Assembly (NCBI GenBank): GCA_938075155.1
Contig: CALJGL010000001.1
Span: 20,181-84,180 of the forward strand
DNA from: an uncultured bacterium
Lineage (GTDB): Bacteria > Planctomycetota > UBA8108 > UBA1146
Direction of reading: 5' to 3'
Length of the DNA stretch: 64,000 nucleotides
This document shows, one piece after another, positions 62,601 to 64,000 of the stretch. Each line of letters starts with the position of its first letter. Position 1 is the first letter of the stretch. Under the pieces are notes generated by a model. It was not told where the DNA came from, made no database searches, and was given only the letters and a program-made list of their open reading frames with translations. The translations under genes and the position numbers were made by a program.

Positions 62601-64000
62601 CATCGTTCCCGCTTCGGGAGCAGAATATGAGTACCAAATGTCATTACCGCAGGCACCAATGGCGGTACCCGGACAAGCAGAGTCATCGGGTCCAGGTCCT
62701 CCTGTGGTCGCATTTCCACTCGTGATGGAATTCAGACCAATGAATACAGGAGTCGCTCCGGCACAATCATCATTCGCCGGAGGTGGTCCCGGAGGAACCT
62801 GACCACAGACCAACTCTGACATTCCCACAGCAGTCATCACCGCTGCAATTTGGTCAGCGTCTGATTGCGTGAAAACCGAGCCGGCAACACCCGTCCGAGG
62901 GTCGATAGGACTCGAGTTGAGCAAGTCAGCAGCCGCTTGATTAATATGGGTTTCAGCCTGAGGGAAATCAGTGGCCTGAGTCATGTAGACGCTGAGGGCT
63001 CGGAAGTAAACCGCTGTTGCCTTCGTCAGCCCAATCGGCGTGATCGTTTGGCCATTATAGGTTTTACCATCGACGAGAATGGCAAATGAATGATTCAAGA
63101 CTCCACTCCCGATGTGCACCCCACCATTATCAAATGGACCACAAGCATTTTGGTTATAGAGAGGATCAGTAGTACTCGGAGGATCGTTGAAACACTCCGG
63201 GAACATCATATCCCGAATAGCACCTAGGCTCGTTTCTTCACCCATCCTCCAACGAGCGGAACCATCACCGCATCCTGTTCTTGCATTGTTTGGAGTATCC
63301 AGACCAGATCCACTCGAACCCGCGATAGGCCAAGGTGTACCGCCGGGAGCGCCAATTTCTGAAACGTCACCGTTCCAAAGATCGATCGCTTCTCCAAAGA
63401 TATCTGACATCGCCTCATTCAGCTGACCAGATTGATTTTGGTAAATCAGGTCTGCCGTGAATTGTGTCAATCCATGAGCGAGTTCGTGAGCGATCACATC
63501 GTCGGTACCCAGCCCATTACAAAACGCACCTTGAGTCCCATTCCATATAGCATTGGGACAAATATTATCGCTCCAGTTGGCAGTGATGATCATGGATCCA
63601 CCGAATCCGTCTAGGCTATCTCTGCCCAGAGAATCAGAGAGCACACGATAAAGATCACCACATGTATCGTAGGAGTTATCGATATCAAGGATTCCGGATG
63701 CAGGGGACCCTTCTGTTCTGGCAAGTGCTCCAGGGAGCCCTCCACCTCCGGATCCGTCATAGATCTCACGGATCAGGGCACTATGTACTGCAGGCCAGTG
63801 GTCGAGGACCACTCCGGTTCTGGCATCAACAAGAATGTTTTCAGCCAACATGTCATTACCTTCGGCAACGAGATGATGCGCCAGTACAGGAGCAGCGATG
63901 GGGTCGTCCCCCCACCAGCCCGGATTCGCGATGACCAGCTGAGCAGGAGCCGTCTCTACTAAAAATTCCTGCCCAAGTTCCTGTGCTGCTAGTTCAACAG
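59664..64000 (-). CDS. Thermolysin-family (M4) metalloprotease with Cys-rich modules, two cohesin-like repeats and a C-terminal dockerin-like domain (protein E; 5' end lies outside the window)
   Basis: HELAH...NEAMSD and GGVHIGSG catalytic motifs. The frame stays open upstream of 63851 to the window edge (PepSY-like ILVDARTG). C-terminal FIRADINDDALINLAD...DTNDDELSNIAD. Confidence 0.9.
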   Translation of the reverse strand, partial: VELAAQELGQEFLVETAPAQLVIANPGWWGDDPIAAPVLAHHLVAEGNDMLAENILVDARTGVVLDHWPAVHSALIREIYDGSGGGGLPGALARTEGSPASGILDIDNSYDTCGDLYRVLSDSLGRDSLDGFGGSMIITANWSDNICPNAIWNGTQGAFCNGLGTDDVIAHELAHGLTQFTADLIYQNQSGQLNEAMSDIFGEAIDLWNGDVSEIGAPGGTPWPIAGSSGSGLDTPNNARTGCGDGSARWRMGEETSLGAIRDMMFPECFNDPPSTTDPLYNQNACGPFDNGGVHIGSGVLNHSFAILVDGKTYNGQTITPIGLTKATAVYFRALSVYMTQATDFPQAETHINQAAADLLNSSPIDPRTGVAGSVFTQSDADQIAAVMTAVGMSELVCGQVPPGPPPANDDCAGATPVFIGLNSITSGNATTGGPGPDDSACPGTAIGACGNDIWYSYSAPEAGTMSVSTCGIASWDTDLQVFTGNCGALNLLACNGDTGGCSTFTSRIENIPVTGGTTYLIRVSSWSEGVTGSGDMEVLFVPSGGGGVENCTNGVDDDGDGLADCEDIDCSTNPACVPPATGDECVSAEVAILGTNPFDSTAATTGTDPIPDAATCGQGLGDMLGDIWYSYVPDQSGSLFVSTCSPGSFDTDLVAYTGSCGSLINLGCNGDVNQNTSPTCQQYWSELTLDVTAGETYWFRIGAWGTPHPGNGLPGPGALILDLTSGGPVENCSNGVDDDGDGLADCEDLDCSSDPACVPAIPGDECSTAQVAILGSNAVDNTAATTGADAIDDSTCGGTFLGDFINDVWFEFTVPSSGEYVISTCDTVTFDSDILVYSGTCGALTPIACNGDGAGCGGLTSSVTTNLSAGSTVLIRLGGWNNTAIGSGTLEISTQAPPPPPENCNNGTDDDLDGLTDCEDPDCISDPDCICVSANAFSCSQVSGNSILLSWNNGEDYDSIGVLRDGGLVDTLPGTATSYTDSSAQVGSRVYTLQPFCAGSQAAPTSTCSIDVIQQIGFMFTAGNVNGSYSAGGASFESVVSLQEEVNNPGFPTDTAGFSFGLAHDGALFEAVSAQALGDLAAMDGGAGPAFFDTTIYSDGLTVGSVYDFTLVETLQMVSDTEIISVSYTSLPGSLASATGTVSSTLSFSESLGSPPVELIVSTSSGTAVIAGGNSGTISLDPSGFIMTAADQAVDYPEATGSSSFEVSVSVEEDPGNLGYPNETQAFSLGIVHDPAILSATGAIAAPVLTALNGNTGPDFFDVNSFADGLTVGCVYTFVGADVISFATATDLLSVEYDTVPAGLAGNTAPLSTQVEFSDTLGVPPVELVVVVSSQSAGVSGVNGTITLNPSVGGFIRADINDDALINLADAVSLLNALFLGGVVSCDDATDTNDDELSNIADAVYLLSYLFTNGPDIPVPSNGVCGSDPSGTNLECAEYNSCP
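59946..60947 (-). repeat. Two tandem ~167-aa cohesin-like repeats in protein E
   Basis: GF.xTA...FE..VS..E...N.G.P..T..FS.G..HD...GP.FFD.....DGLTVG.VY.F...SV.Y...F S..LG.PPVEL.V...GTI.L.PS occurs twice. Confidence 0.7.

Overview
Bacterial chromosomal window, most consistent with a Planctomycetota genome (inferred from the RpoB and RpsL motif variants and the protein repertoire; not verified by search). Bases 1-16.3 kb hold a minus-strand core cluster: tRNA-Thr, -Tyr, -Gly, -Thr, tuf, tRNA-Trp, secE, nusG, rplK, rplA, rplJ, rplL, rpoB, rpoC, rpsL, rpsG and partial fusA. Bases 16.3-34.7 kb hold housekeeping genes: cysS, ispF and ispD (split by a beta-barrel protein gene), dGTPase, LysM, amidohydrolase, TatD, MurQ-like, menG/ubiX/ubiA, an M50 protease and an aldehyde dehydrogenase. 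Bases 35.5-48.9 kb are four tandem genes for large secreted Cys/Asp-rich modular proteins, all ending in the same dockerin-like domain. Bases 49-59.6 kb hold murJ, neuC, a LamG-metallophosphoesterase, a thioredoxin-like gene split by an in-frame UGA, DinB, LOG, an Xaa-Pro dipeptidyl peptidase and a cupin. Bases 59.7-64 kb encode a thermolysin (M4) protease with two cohesin-like repeats and a fifth copy of the dockerin-like domain. The two main leads are (1) a possible cellulosome-like, non-cellulolytic cohesin-dockerin surface complex built around a protease scaffold, and (2) a probable exported selenoprotein with a SECIS-like hairpin. All family assignments come from motif recognition by eye; no searches were run.
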